DNA from: an uncultured Candidatus Rokubacteria bacterium
GTDB lineage: Bacteria > Methylomirabilota > Methylomirabilia > Rokubacteriales > DASRDR01
Assembly: GCA_963799055.1 (NCBI GenBank)
Contig: CAWCVP010000021.1
Span: forward strand, 76,287 to 140,286
Length of the DNA stretch: 64,000 nt
Direction: 5' to 3'
The notes under the pieces were generated by a model that made no database searches, had not been told where the DNA came from, and saw nothing but the letters and a program-made list of their open reading frames with translations. Positions within the stretch are counted from its first letter, which is position 1; each line of letters starts with the position of its first letter. Shown in pieces: positions 1-12,842 of the stretch. The position numbers were made by a program, and so were the translations under genes.

Positions 1-435
1 CGGCACGATCAGGCGCTTCACGTGGTTCACGCCGATCGCGCGGAGGGCGTCGATCTGCTCGGTCACCTTCATGGAGCCCAGCTCCGCCGTGATGCCCGAG
101 GCCACCTTGCCCCCGACCAGGATCGCCGTGAGCACCGGCCCGAGCTCGCGGAGGACGGAGAGCCCGACGAGCGGGCCCACGTAGAGATCCGCGCCGAAGC
201 GAGAGAGGTAGACGGCCGACTGGAGCGCGAAGACCATGCCCGTGAAGAGCGCCGCCGTGCCCGCGACGACGAGCGAGCGGACGCCCATGCCGTCGAACTC
301 GGCGACGACGTGCGCCAGATAGCGGCGCGGGAGCCACGCGTTCCGGGCGACGTCCCAGGTGAGGAGCCCGAGCCCACCCCAGTAGGCCAGGACGTGGCGC
401 ACGCGGGGCCCCGCTCGTAGCCACACGTCGGTCAC
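1..435 (-). CDS. mlaE: MlaE-family ABC transporter permease, N-terminal part (gene continues past the window start)
   Basis: Minus-strand translation ...GGKVASGITAELGSMKVTEQIDALRAIGVNHVKRLIVP matches the conserved MlaE/Ttg2B core. GTG at 433-435 overlaps the upstream stop as GTGA. Absent from the ORF track because there is no stop in the window. Confidence 0.8.
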   Translation of the reverse strand, partial: MTDVWLRAGPRVRHVLAYWGGLGLLTWDVARNAWLPRRYLAHVVAEFDGMGVRSLVVAGTAALFTGMVFALQSAVYLSRFGADLYVGPLVGLSVLRELGPVLTAILVGGKVASGITAELGSMKVTEQIDALRAIGVNHVKRLIVP

Positions 436-935
436 TGCGGCGCCCCGACCGGAGCGAACCCCGCCGAGAAGCGGTCGAACGCCGGGGCGAGCGCCGCGAG
501 GTTGTCGGGCGGCGCCACCCCCACGAGGTCGTAGACGCAGGCCGGCCCCCGCAGGGTCACCGCCCGGACGGCGACCGGCACGCCGTCGAGCGTCGCGTGG
601 AAGTGCTGCGCGGTCCCGGGCAGGCCACCCAGGGTGATGGGCGACTCGACCAGGTCCTGGACGTCGCGGAGTCCGAACCGCAGGTGCCGCACGAGCACCG
701 GGAGCGGACGCACCGGGGGCTTGCCCTCGCAGGTGGCGTGGGCCATCAGGCCGGCCGAGAGATCCGCCCGCCGGAGCGCCAGGTCCGCCTCGCTCTCGAT
801 CCGCGTCCAGCCCGCCGGGACCCCGACGTGATATCCCTTCCGGGCCACGACGTAGCTGCCGTCCTCGAGACGCACGCCACCGCATCCCGCGACGCCGGCG
901 AGCAGCCCCGCCACCGACAGCCTCCGGAGCCACAC
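432..935 (-). CDS. Hypothetical lipoprotein
   Basis: 167-aa ORF. N-terminus MWLRRLSVAGLLAGVAGC looks like a signal peptide with a lipobox. No family recognised. GTG start. Confidence 0.55.
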   Translation of the reverse strand: MWLRRLSVAGLLAGVAGCGGVRLEDGSYVVARKGYHVGVPAGWTRIESEADLALRRADLSAGLMAHATCEGKPPVRPLPVLVRHLRFGLRDVQDLVESPITLGGLPGTAQHFHATLDGVPVAVRAVTLRGPACVYDLVGVAPPDNLAALAPAFDRFSAGFAPVGAPQ

Positions 936-956
936 GCCCCGGCGCTGGTGGATCGC

Positions 957-1649
957 TCACTCCTCCGCAGGAGGCGCGACGACGCTGTCGCGCGTGGGCG
1001 GCCCGGCGGGCGGCCGGTGGCGGCGCCCGAGCTCCGCGAACACGTGGCGCGCCGAGAGGCCGCGCGCGCCCAGCAGCACGAGCGTGTGGAACCACAGGTC
1101 GGCCACCTCGGCCACCAGTCGCTCGGAGCCCTCGGCCAAGGCGGCGACCACCACCTCGGCGGCCTCCTCCCCGACCTTCTGGGCAATGCGGGCATCCCCG
1201 CCCGCCAGGAGGCCGGACACGTACGAGCCCTCGCGCGGGACCGCCCGCCGTGACTGGATCACCCGCTCCACCGTGTCGAGGACGGCGGGCCCCGCGCCGG
1301 CCGCGCTCGGCGGCGCCTCGACGGCGGCGCCACGGTCGAGGCGCGTGAAGAAGCAGGTCCGGCTCCCCGTGTGGCACGCGACCCCGTCCTGGTGCACGCG
1401 GACCAGGAGCGTGTCGCCGTCGCAGTCGGCGTACACCGCCTCGACATGCTGGCGATGTCCGGACGTCTCGCCCTTCTGCCAGAGCGTCCCGCGCGAGCGC
1501 GACCAGAAGTGGGTCAGTCCCGTGTCGAGCGTGCGGTCGAGGGCCTCGGCGTTCATCCACGCGACCATGAGGACCTCGTCGGTCCCGGTCTCCTGGACCA
1601 CGGCCGGGATGAGGCCGCTCCCGTCGAAGCGGAGCGTCGGCCCTCTCAC
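957..1649 (-). CDS. hisI: Bifunctional phosphoribosyl-AMP cyclohydrolase / phosphoribosyl-ATP pyrophosphatase HisIE
   Basis: [37 protein letters not shown] (HisI) followed by [27 protein letters not shown] (HisE). GTG at 1647-1649 overlaps the hisF stop (GTGA). The 369-aa track ORF is an upstream read-through. Confidence 0.9.
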   Translation of the reverse strand: MRGPTLRFDGSGLIPAVVQETGTDEVLMVAWMNAEALDRTLDTGLTHFWSRSRGTLWQKGETSGHRQHVEAVYADCDGDTLLVRVHQDGVACHTGSRTCFFTRLDRGAAVEAPPSAAGAGPAVLDTVERVIQSRRAVPREGSYVSGLLAGGDARIAQKVGEEAAEVVVAALAEGSERLVAEVADLWFHTLVLLGARGLSARHVFAELGRRHRPPAGPPTRDSVVAPPAEE

Positions 1650-2433
1650 GCGGCGGTCTCCTCGAGGCGGACCGGGACGCCGCGCGCGCGCAGGTAGCGC
1701 TTCGCCTCCGGCACCGTGTGCTCGCCGAAGTGAAAGATCGAGGCCGCCAGCACGGCGTCCGCCTTCCCTTCGACCAGGCCGTCGTGGAGATGCCCCAGCG
1801 TGCCCACCCCGCCGGAGGCGATCACGGGGACGGAGACCGCCTCGGCGATCGCGCGCGTCAGCTCGAGATCGTACCCGTCCCGGGTCCCGTCCCGATCCAT
1901 GCTGGTCAGCAGGATCTCGCCCGCCCCGAGCGCCTCGACCTCGCGCGCCCATCGGATCGCATCCCGGCCCGTCGCGCGCCGGCCGCCGTGCGTGTAGACC
2001 TCGAACGACGGCGGCGCGCTCTCGGACGCCGGCCGCCGCTTGGCGTCGATCGCGACCACGATGCACTGGCTGCCGAAGCGCACCGCCGCCTCCCGGATCA
2101 GCTCGGGGCGGGCCACCGCCGCGGTGTTGAGGGACACCTTGTCGGCCCCCGCGCGGAGAGGGTCCGCACGTCCTCCAGGCTGCCGAGCCCCCCGCCGACC
2201 GTCAGCGGGAGGTACACCGCTTCCGCCGTCCGCCGCACGACGTCCAGCATGGTGGCCCGGCCCTCGTGCGAGGCCGTGATGTCGAGGAACACGAGCTCAT
2301 CGGCATTCTGCCGGTCGTAGGCGATCGCGGCCTCGACCGGGTCGCCGGCATCCGCGAGGTCGAGGAACCGGACACCCTTGACGACCCGGCCGTCCTTGAC
2401 GTCCAGGCACGGGATCACGCGCCGCGCCAGCAT
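1646..2433 (-). CDS. hisF: Imidazole glycerol phosphate synthase cyclase subunit HisF, interrupted by one frameshift near 2155-2162
   Basis: N-terminal part [35 protein letters not shown] lies in one frame and ..[30 protein letters not shown] in another. Length 788 nt (mod 3 = 2). Restoring one C in ctcCtcc gives ..[18 protein letters not shown]. Confidence 0.85.
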
Positions 2434-2438
2434 CGGCG

Positions 2439-3161
2439 TCAGGCGGGGACCGCGGCCATCGCCGCCTGGAGATCGACGGCGCCGGTGTAGAGGGCGCGTC
2501 CGACGACGGCCCCGATCACGTTCGGGATGGCCGCGAGACGGACGAGGTCGTCGAGCCCCGCGATCCCGCCGGAGGCGATCACCGGCACCGCGGCCCCGGC
2601 CGCCAGCGCCGCCGTGGCCTCGAGATTCGGCCCGCGCCCGGTCCCGTCCCGGCGGACGTCGGTGTAGATCACGCCGGCGGCGCCGGCGGCGGCCGACCGG
2701 CGCGTGAGCTCGTGCGCCTCGAGCGGCAGCACGTCGGTCCACCCGCGCACCGCCACCCGCCCGTCGACCGCATCCACCCCGACGAGGATCCGCCCCGGCC
2801 ACCGCGCGCAGGCGGCCTCGAGGAGGGTCGGCTCCAGCGCCGCGGCCGTGCCGAGGACCGCCCAGCGCGCGCCCGTCTCGAGCGCGGCCTCGAGCGTCAC
2901 GAGGTCTCGCAGACCCCCGCCCACCTCGACCGGCACGGCCGGGACCGCCGCCACCATGGCCCGGAGGAGCGCCGCGTGCCGGGGCGCGCCCGCGAAGGCG
3001 CCGTCCAGGTCCACCACGTGGAGCCGGCGCGCCCCGCGCGCCGCCCACTGGCGGGCCATCGCCACCGGGTCGTCGCCGAAGACCGTCGCGCTGTCGGCGC
3101 GGCCCTCGACCAACCGCACGCAGCGGCCCCCTTGGAGGTCGATCGCGGGGATGACGATCAC
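2439..3161 (-). CDS. hisA: 1-(5-phosphoribosyl)-5-[(5-phosphoribosylamino)methylideneamino]imidazole-4-carboxamide isomerase HisA
   Basis: [41 protein letters not shown]; intact 240 aa. Confidence 0.92.
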   Translation of the reverse strand: MIVIPAIDLQGGRCVRLVEGRADSATVFGDDPVAMARQWAARGARRLHVVDLDGAFAGAPRHAALLRAMVAAVPAVPVEVGGGLRDLVTLEAALETGARWAVLGTAAALEPTLLEAACARWPGRILVGVDAVDGRVAVRGWTDVLPLEAHELTRRSAAAGAAGVIYTDVRRDGTGRGPNLEATAALAAGAAVPVIASGGIAGLDDLVRLAAIPNVIGAVVGRALYTGAVDLQAAMAAVPA

Positions 3162-3796
3162 GCCCGCGCCGCCTCCCGGTCCCCGACCAGCCGGGCGAAG
3201 TTCGCCAGCAGCCGGAGTCCCCAGCCCTGGCTCTTCTCCGGGTGGAACTGGGTGCCGTAGAGCTGCCCGCGCACGACCAGGGCCGGGAAACGGATCCCGT
3301 ACTCGCAGTGGGCGGCCTGCACGCCGTCCTGTCGCAGCGCGTCCGACGCCTCGGGGTAGTACGAGTGCACGAAGTAGAAGTACGCCCCCGCCGGGATCCC
3401 CGAGAGGAGCGGGAGGGACCCGTCGTGCCAGAGCCGATTCCAGCCCATGTGCGGCACCTTGAGCCCCGGCGGAAAGCGGCGCACGACTCCCGGCAGGACG
3501 TCGAGCCCCTTGGCGTGACCGAACTCCTCGCTCTCGGTGAAGAGCAGCTGATAGCCGAGACAGATGCCCAGATAGGGCCGGCCGGCCGCGATGTGCGCGC
3601 GGATCGGATCGGTCAGCCCGAGCCGGTCCAGGCTCCCCATCGCGTCGGCGAAGGCGCCGTCCCCCGGCACGACCAGGGCCTCGGCGCGGCCCACCGTCGC
3701 GGGGTCATCGGTGACGACGACCGCCGGCGCGAGCTCGGCCAGCGCCTTCCGGACGCTGCCGAGGTTGCCCCGGCCGTAGTCGACGATCGCGATCAC
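3158..3796 (-). CDS. hisH: Imidazole glycerol phosphate synthase glutamine amidotransferase subunit HisH
   Basis: [46 protein letters not shown]; 4-nt overlaps on both sides. Confidence 0.93.
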   Translation of the reverse strand: MIAIVDYGRGNLGSVRKALAELAPAVVVTDDPATVGRAEALVVPGDGAFADAMGSLDRLGLTDPIRAHIAAGRPYLGICLGYQLLFTESEEFGHAKGLDVLPGVVRRFPPGLKVPHMGWNRLWHDGSLPLLSGIPAGAYFYFVHSYYPEASDALRQDGVQAAHCEYGIRFPALVVRGQLYGTQFHPEKSQGWGLRLLANFARLVGDREAARA

Positions 3797-4500
3797 AAGG
3801 CGCCTTTGGTGGAGAGCACGCCCTCGATGCGGGGATTCATCCGCGAGGCCTCGGCGAGCGCACGGCCGAACGCCTTGAACAGGGCCTCGGCGATGTGGTG
3901 CAGGTTCTCCCCGTAGTGCAGGTTCACGTGCAGATTCAGCATGGCGTTCATCGCGAACGCGCGGAAGAAGTCCTTCAGCAGATCGAGGTCGAAGTTCCCC
4001 ACCCGCGTCTTCGTGAACGGCACGGTGTAGGAGAAATAGGGGCGGCCCGAGACGTCGACGTGCACGGAGGCCAGAGCCTCGTCCATGGGGACGTAGGCCG
4101 TCCCGAAGCGGACGATGCCGCGCTTGTCCCCCAGGGCTTCGTGGAAGGCCTTCCCGAGGCAGATCCCGACGTCTTCCACGGTGTGATGCAGGTCGACCTC
4201 GGTGTCCCCCCGGGCGCTCACCCGAAGGTCCAGGAGCCCGTGTTTCCCGGCGGCTTCGAGCATGTGGTTGAAGAACGGGATCGTCGTGTCGATCGCCATC
4301 TCGCCGCGGCCGTCGACGTTCAGCTGGAGCAGGATCTCCGTTTCCCGCGTGCGCCGCTCGATCCGCGCGACGCGGCCGGCCGCCGGCGGCCCGCCGTTCT
4401 CCGCGGCGATGGGCGCCGCCACGTCCCCGATCACGACCGGCGCGCCCGGCCCGCCTCCCGGTCTCGGTCCTCGTCCGCCTCGTCGTCGCCGTCGTGCCAT
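3793..4500 (-). CDS. hisB: Imidazoleglycerol-phosphate dehydratase HisB
   Basis: ERRTRETEI..IPFFNHMLE..DLHHTVEDVGI..NLHHIAEALFKAFGRAL. ATG at 4498-4500 lies just after the hisD stop. The Arg/Gly-rich first ~45 aa make the exact start uncertain (internal GTGs are possible). Confidence 0.88.
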   Translation of the reverse strand: MARRRRRGGRGPRPGGGPGAPVVIGDVAAPIAAENGGPPAAGRVARIERRTRETEILLQLNVDGRGEMAIDTTIPFFNHMLEAAGKHGLLDLRVSARGDTEVDLHHTVEDVGICLGKAFHEALGDKRGIVRFGTAYVPMDEALASVHVDVSGRPYFSYTVPFTKTRVGNFDLDLLKDFFRAFAMNAMLNLHVNLHYGENLHHIAEALFKAFGRALAEASRMNPRIEGVLSTKGAL

Positions 4501-4502
4501 GT

Positions 4503-5813
4503 CTAGTGATCTCCTCCCACCCGGGGGTCTTCCAGGCGGAGCCGGGCCGCCTCGCCGTGCCCGTGGAGTCCCTCCGCCGCCGCGAGCTCGGCGAGGTGGG
4601 GCCACGCCGCCCGGAGGCCGGCAGGGGTGTAGTGGATGAGGCTCGAGCGCTTCACGAAGTCCTCCACGGACAGTCCCGACGCGAAGCGCGCCGTCGCCGC
4701 CGTCGGCAGGACGTGATTCGGGCCCGCCAGGTAGTCGCCGACCACCTCAGGGGTATGCGTGCCCAGGAAGATCGCCCCCGCATGGCGGATGGCCGGCAAC
4801 CACGCGAACGGGTCCCCGACCGCAAGCTCCAGGTGCTCGGGCGCCAGGCGGTTCGCGATCGCGACCGCCTCCGCGAGATCCCGGGTCACGACGACGGCGC
4901 CGTGGCTCCGGAGCGCCGCCTCCGCGATGGCGGCGCGCGGCAGGGCCGGACACTGGCGGGCGACGGCGGCCGCCACCCCGGCCCCGAGCGCGGCGTCGTC
5001 GGTCAGGCACACCGCGCGCGCCATCGGGTCGTGCTCGGCCTGGGCGAGGAGGTCCGCGGCCACGTGCGACGCCGACGCCGTCCGGTCGGCAACCACGACC
5101 ACCTCGCTCGGGCCCGCGACCAGGTCGATCCCGACGTCGCCGAAGACCAGGCGCTTGGCCAGCGCCACGTAGAGATTCCCCGGCCCGACGATCTTGTCGA
5201 CGGCCGGGATGGCCGCCGTCCCGTACGCCAGCGCCGCCACGGCCTGGGCGCCGCCCACCCGGTAGACCTCGGTCGCGCCCGCCAGACGCGCGGCCACCAG
5301 CACGGCGGGCGGGAGGTGGCCGTCGACGCCCGGCGGCGACACCACCACGAGCTCGCGGACGCCGGCCACGCGCGCCGGGATCAGGTTCATGAGCACCGTG
5401 GAGGGGTACGCGGCCGTGCCGCCGGGCACGTAGCAGCCCACCCGCTCGAGCGACGTCACCTGCTGGCCGAGCAACGACCCGTGCTCGTCCCGCACCCACC
5501 AGGACCGCGGCACCTGATGCCGGTGGAAGGCCTCGATCCGGCGGGCCGCCTCGGCCAGGGCCGCCCCGAGGGGCTCGGGCACCGTGGCGGCCGCCCACTC
5601 CCGGTCGGAGACCCGGAGCTCGTCCGGTTGGAGCTCCACCCCGTCGAAGCGCTTGGTGAACTCGACCAGCGCCGCGTCGCCCCGGCGGCGGACCTCCTCG
5701 ACGATCGCCGCGACCCGCGCGACCGCGTCCGGATCGATGGTGGCATGCGGGCGACCGAGGGTTGCCACGACGCCCTCCGGGCCGATTTCCGCCGTCCGCA
5801 GGAGCCGGATCAC
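4503..5813 (-). CDS. hisD: Histidinol dehydrogenase HisD
   Basis: ..[50 protein letters not shown] at 5811-5813 overlaps the hisG stop (GTGA). The track ORF's extra ~100 N-terminal aa are read-through. Confidence 0.92.
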   Translation of the reverse strand: MIRLLRTAEIGPEGVVATLGRPHATIDPDAVARVAAIVEEVRRRGDAALVEFTKRFDGVELQPDELRVSDREWAAATVPEPLGAALAEAARRIEAFHRHQVPRSWWVRDEHGSLLGQQVTSLERVGCYVPGGTAAYPSTVLMNLIPARVAGVRELVVVSPPGVDGHLPPAVLVAARLAGATEVYRVGGAQAVAALAYGTAAIPAVDKIVGPGNLYVALAKRLVFGDVGIDLVAGPSEVVVVADRTASASHVAADLLAQAEHDPMARAVCLTDDAALGAGVAAAVARQCPALPRAAIAEAALRSHGAVVVTRDLAEAVAIANRLAPEHLELAVGDPFAWLPAIRHAGAIFLGTHTPEVVGDYLAGPNHVLPTAATARFASGLSVEDFVKRSSLIHYTPAGLRAAWPHLAELAAAEGLHGHGEAARLRLEDPRVGGDH

Positions 5814-6481
5814 CGCGGCACCTCCGCGCGCAGGTCGTCCACCAGCCGGCTCACCGCGCGGTGGGCCGTCTTCTGGGCGGCGCGGTTCACGATCAAGCGC
5901 GCCGTCGACCGGAGGATCTCGGCAACCTCGACGAGGCCGTTGGCCCGGAGCGTCTCCCCCGACTGCACGAGGTCGACGATGCGCTCGGCCAACCCGACCA
6001 GGGGGGCCAGCTCGATCGACCCATCCAGCCGCACCACCTCGACCTGGACCCCGCGGTCGGCGAAGTATCGCCGCGTCAGGTTGGGATACTTGGTCGCCAC
6101 GCGCACCCAGGACCACTTCGTCGGGTCGTCGCGCTCCCGGAGCTCGCGGGGCTCCGCCACCACCAGCCGGCAGACGCCGAACCCGAGATCGAGCGGCTCG
6201 TAGACGTCCGGCTCCTGCTCGAGCAGCACGTCCTTGCCGACGATCCCGACGTCGGCCGCCCCGTGCTCGACGTAGGTCGGGACGTCCAGGGGCTTCAGGA
6301 TCAGGAGGCGGAGTCGACCGGTCGGGTCCGCGAACAGGAGGCGCCGGCTGTCGTCCTCGGGCAGGCCCTCGATGCCGGCTCGCCGGAGGAGATCGAGCGC
6401 GGGCCGGAGCAGCCGGCCTTTGGGCAGCGCCAGGGTCAGCGGGCGGCCGTTCCCTGCGGCCGTCGTCCCCTCCCGTGCCAT
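5810..6481 (-). CDS. hisG: ATP phosphoribosyltransferase, short form HisG
   Basis: [75 protein letters not shown] at 6479-6481. Confidence 0.9.
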   Translation of the reverse strand: MAREGTTAAGNGRPLTLALPKGRLLRPALDLLRRAGIEGLPEDDSRRLLFADPTGRLRLLILKPLDVPTYVEHGAADVGIVGKDVLLEQEPDVYEPLDLGFGVCRLVVAEPRELRERDDPTKWSWVRVATKYPNLTRRYFADRGVQVEVVRLDGSIELAPLVGLAERIVDLVQSGETLRANGLVEVAEILRSTARLIVNRAAQKTAHRAVSRLVDDLRAEVPR

Positions 6482-6483
6482 CC

Positions 6484-7737
<1,254 letters not shown>

Positions 7738-7738
<1 letters not shown>

Positions 7739-8639
7739 TAGCGCCTCCGCGCTTCGACGATCCGGACCTGTCCCCGGAAGTCTCGATGCACCGTCACGTC
7801 GGCATACCGGGGGTCAGCGCCGGCCAGCGCGGCCACGGCGGAGCCGTGCTCCTCGCCGATCTCGACGAACGCCCGCCCGCCCGGGCGCAGCCAGGCGGGC
7901 GCCTCCCGGAGCAGTCGGCGGATGACGGCGAGGCCGTCCATCCCCCCGTCGAGCGCCTCGCGGGGCTCCCAGTCCCGGACCTCGACGGGCAGGTCCGGCA
8001 AGACCGGCGTGGCGAGATACGGGGGGTTCGTCACGATCAGGTCCACCCCCCCGGCCGCGAGGTGCGCGGGGAGCGGCGCGAAGAGATCCCCGTCGAGCAG
8101 CCGGACACGCGCGCCAAGCCCGAGCCGCGTCACGTTGGCGTGGGCGCACGCGAGCGCGCGAGGCGCCGTGTCCACGGCCCAGAGGACCCAGCTCGGCCGG
8201 CGCGTCGCGAGCGCGCAGGCGATCGCGCCCGACCCCGTGCACAGGTCGACCACGGTGGCGGCCCCCGCCGGGCCGAGGGCGGCGGCCCGGTCGACCAGCT
8301 CCTCGGTCTCCGGCCGCGGGATGAAGACGCCTGGGCCCACGGTCAGGGCGAGCCCACAGAACTCCGTCGCCCCGAGGAGGTACTGGAGCGGCTCGTGGCG
8401 CGCGCGGCGCGCGAGGAGCGCCTGAAGCACCCCCAGGGCGGCCGCCGGCACTGCCGTCCGGCCCTCGATGTAGAGCCCGAGCCGGGTCGTCCCGAGCGCG
8501 TGCGCCAAGAGCGCCTCCGCGTCTTGGCGGGCCGTCGCGATCCGCGCGGCCGCGAGATGCTCGCCGGCGGCCCGGAGCACCGCCGCGACGGTCGGCGCCG
8601 CGGCCACCGGGGACCCGGATCCGGGGAGGACGACGGGCG

Positions 8640-8643
<4 letters not shown>
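7738..8643 (-). CDS. prmC: Release-factor glutamine N5-methyltransferase PrmC
   Basis: ..[35 protein letters not shown].. . ATG at 8641-8643 overlaps the prfA stop (ATGA). Confidence 0.88.
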
Positions 8644-9716
<1,073 letters not shown>

Positions 9717-9778
9717 GATCCGCGCTCAGGCTCCCGGCGATGGCGCTCGTGGGCCCGGCCCTGCGCCGAGGGCGGCGG

Positions 9779-9982
9779 CTAGCGCTTTTGGGCGTACTTC
9801 TTCTGGAAGCGCTCGATGCGCCCGGCCGTGTCCACCAGCTTCTGCTTGCCGGTGTAGAACGGGTGGCACTTCGAGCAGATCTCCACCCGGATGCCCGGAC
9901 GGGTGGACCGGGTCTGGATGACCTCGCCGCAAGCGCACGTGATCGTCGTCTCGACATACTCGGGATGGATGGCGGCCTTCAC
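9779..9982 (-). CDS. rpmE: 50S ribosomal protein L31
   Basis: (V)[31 protein letters not shown] lies 6 nt upstream of the GTG at 9980-9982, so I prefer this start over the track start at 9997. Confidence 0.9.
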   Translation of the reverse strand: MKAAIHPEYVETTITCACGEVIQTRSTRPGIRVEICSKCHPFYTGKQKLVDTAGRIERFQKKYAQKR

Positions 9983-10143
9983 GGAAGTCCTCCCCACATC
10001 AGCGAAAATGAGAGCTCAGTCAGCGTACCACACGCCGCCCCCCGGCACCAGCAAGGCGCGGGCCTCGGAGCGGGCCCGGGACGGCGACCTCGGGGAGGCG
10101 TGGCGACGGGCGGTCCCGGGGACGGCCCGGGCGGTCCCGCCGG

Positions 10144-11556
<1,413 letters not shown>

Positions 11557-11636
11557 GGCTGCGAATCGCTCCTTTGAGGTGCGGTGTGGCGAGGACTGTC
11601 AGGGGATCGCGCGCGCGGTGGCGTCACGCTCAGTCA

Positions 11637-11666
11637 TCTATAGCACCGGGCGCCCGGGCGTGTCAA
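11637..11666 (-). promoter_or_regulatory. Predicted sigma70 promoter of rho (TTGACA-N18-TATAGA)
   Basis: Minus strand reads TTGACAcgcccgggcgcccggtgcTATAGA. It lies about 74 nt upstream of the rho GTG, in the only sizeable gap between surA and rho. Confidence 0.55.
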
Positions 11667-11671
11667 CCAAC

Positions 11672-11702
11672 GGTAGTGGCTGGCGGCACACCACCCACTA
11701 CC
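11672..11702 (-). terminator. Stem-loop 12 nt downstream of the surA stop (possible terminator, no U-tract)
   Basis: GGTAGTGG (11672-11679) pairs with CCACTACC (11695-11702). 8-bp stem, 15-nt loop. Confidence 0.35.
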
Positions 11703-11713
11703 CGCCGGCCCGG

Positions 11714-12745
11714 TCACAGCCGGATCGCGATCAGCGCCTTTCGCCGTAGCCCCTCCACCCACTCGTCGAATCGCTCCTGGGCCTTCTTCTGGAGCAACAG
11801 GTCGCGGACCTGCTGACGCGCGTCCGCGAGCCGTTCCGCCGTCAGCTCTTGCCGGTCCTCGAGCAGGAGGATGTGATAGCCGGCCGCCGACCGGATGGGC
11901 GCCGTCACTTGCCCCTTCTGGAGGGCAAGGAGCGGTTGCTCGAAGGTCGCGTCGAGCTCGCCCCGGGCGAGCCACCCCAGATCGCCGCCGCCGGTGCTGG
12001 ACGGGTCCTTGGAGCGCGTGCGCGCCAGCTCGGCGAAGTCCTCGCCGCCGGCCAGCGCGGCGGCGATGCCGTCGATCTCCTGCTTCGCCCGCTCCCAGGC
12101 CGCGGGGGAGCTCGGTGGCTCGGCCATCACGGCGATGTGGCGGGCGTGGTACTTGAGCCCGGCGTCGAACTTGCTCCGATTTTCCGTCAGGTACTGGTCG
12201 ACCTCGGTCTCGGTGACCGTGGCCCGGCGGACGACACGCCGTCCGCGGACCCGCTGGGCGAGCATCTGCTCGCGGAGCTCCCGGCGCAGGGCCTCCCACG
12301 TCACCCCTTGCGCCTGAAGCTGGAGCTCGATCTTCTCCCGGTCGCCGCCATTCCGCTTCACGAAGTCGTCGAGCATCGTCCGGACCTCGTCCTCCGTGAC
12401 CTCGATCTTGTCGCGCTTGGCTTCCTGGACCTGGAGCCGGTGGTCGACCAGCCGGTTCAGTACCGCCCGCTCGAGATCGGGTCCCTCCGGGAGGGCGCGG
12501 CCCTCACGGCGCGAGAGCACGATCGCCTCCTGCAGCTCGGACATCATGATGACGTCGCCGTTCACCACGGCCACGACCCGGTCGATCACCGACTGCGTGT
12601 CCCGGATCGGGGGCGCCTCGCCGGCCCGAACCAGGACGCCGCCGCTCCCGGCCGGCACGGGGGGCAACGGCCCGGCCGGCGTCCGGCAGGCGCCGAGCGC
12701 GGCCGCCACGACGAGCCCCGCGAGCGCGAGCCGCGCCGGGCTCAC
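11714..12745 (-). CDS. SurA/PpiC-type peptidyl-prolyl isomerase, probable lipoprotein
   Basis: SurA-N-like region (VVAVVNGDVIMMSEL..) plus a parvulin domain (..HARHIAV..FAELAR..S.D..S...GGDLGW..FE..L..GQVT.PI.S..GYHILLLEDR). GTG at 12743-12745 gives VSPARLALAGLVVAAALGAC (lipobox). The upstream part of the track ORF is non-coding. Confidence 0.8.
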   Translation of the reverse strand: MSPARLALAGLVVAAALGACRTPAGPLPPVPAGSGGVLVRAGEAPPIRDTQSVIDRVVAVVNGDVIMMSELQEAIVLSRREGRALPEGPDLERAVLNRLVDHRLQVQEAKRDKIEVTEDEVRTMLDDFVKRNGGDREKIELQLQAQGVTWEALRRELREQMLAQRVRGRRVVRRATVTETEVDQYLTENRSKFDAGLKYHARHIAVMAEPPSSPAAWERAKQEIDGIAAALAGGEDFAELARTRSKDPSSTGGGDLGWLARGELDATFEQPLLALQKGQVTAPIRSAAGYHILLLEDRQELTAERLADARQQVRDLLLQKKAQERFDEWVEGLRRKALIAIRL

Positions 12746-12788
12746 GGGGTCCCCCTCGCTCCGCGGGAGTCGATCCGACGGGGTTGAT

Positions 12789-12830
12789 CGGACGGCCTTC
12801 GACCTGTGGCGGACGGCCTTCGACCTGTGG
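12789..12830. repeat. Perfect 2 x 21-bp tandem direct repeat in the mfd-surA spacer
   Basis: cggacggccttcgacctgtgg occurs at 12789-12809 and again at 12810-12830, followed by a partial third start (cgg). Confidence 0.95.
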
Positions 12831-12842
12831 CGGCCCGTGGGC

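Noticed and set aside
9983-10143. Possible promoter or leader RNA upstream of rpmE, including an unusually AT-rich stretch (gagctctcattttcgctgatg) and a direct repeat of GGGACCGCCCG.
   Set aside because: The best hexamers (TTGCTG ... TACGCT) are 21 nt apart and the -10 is poor. The GC stem CCCGG-N7-CCGGG after rho is short. This is not enough for a confident call.
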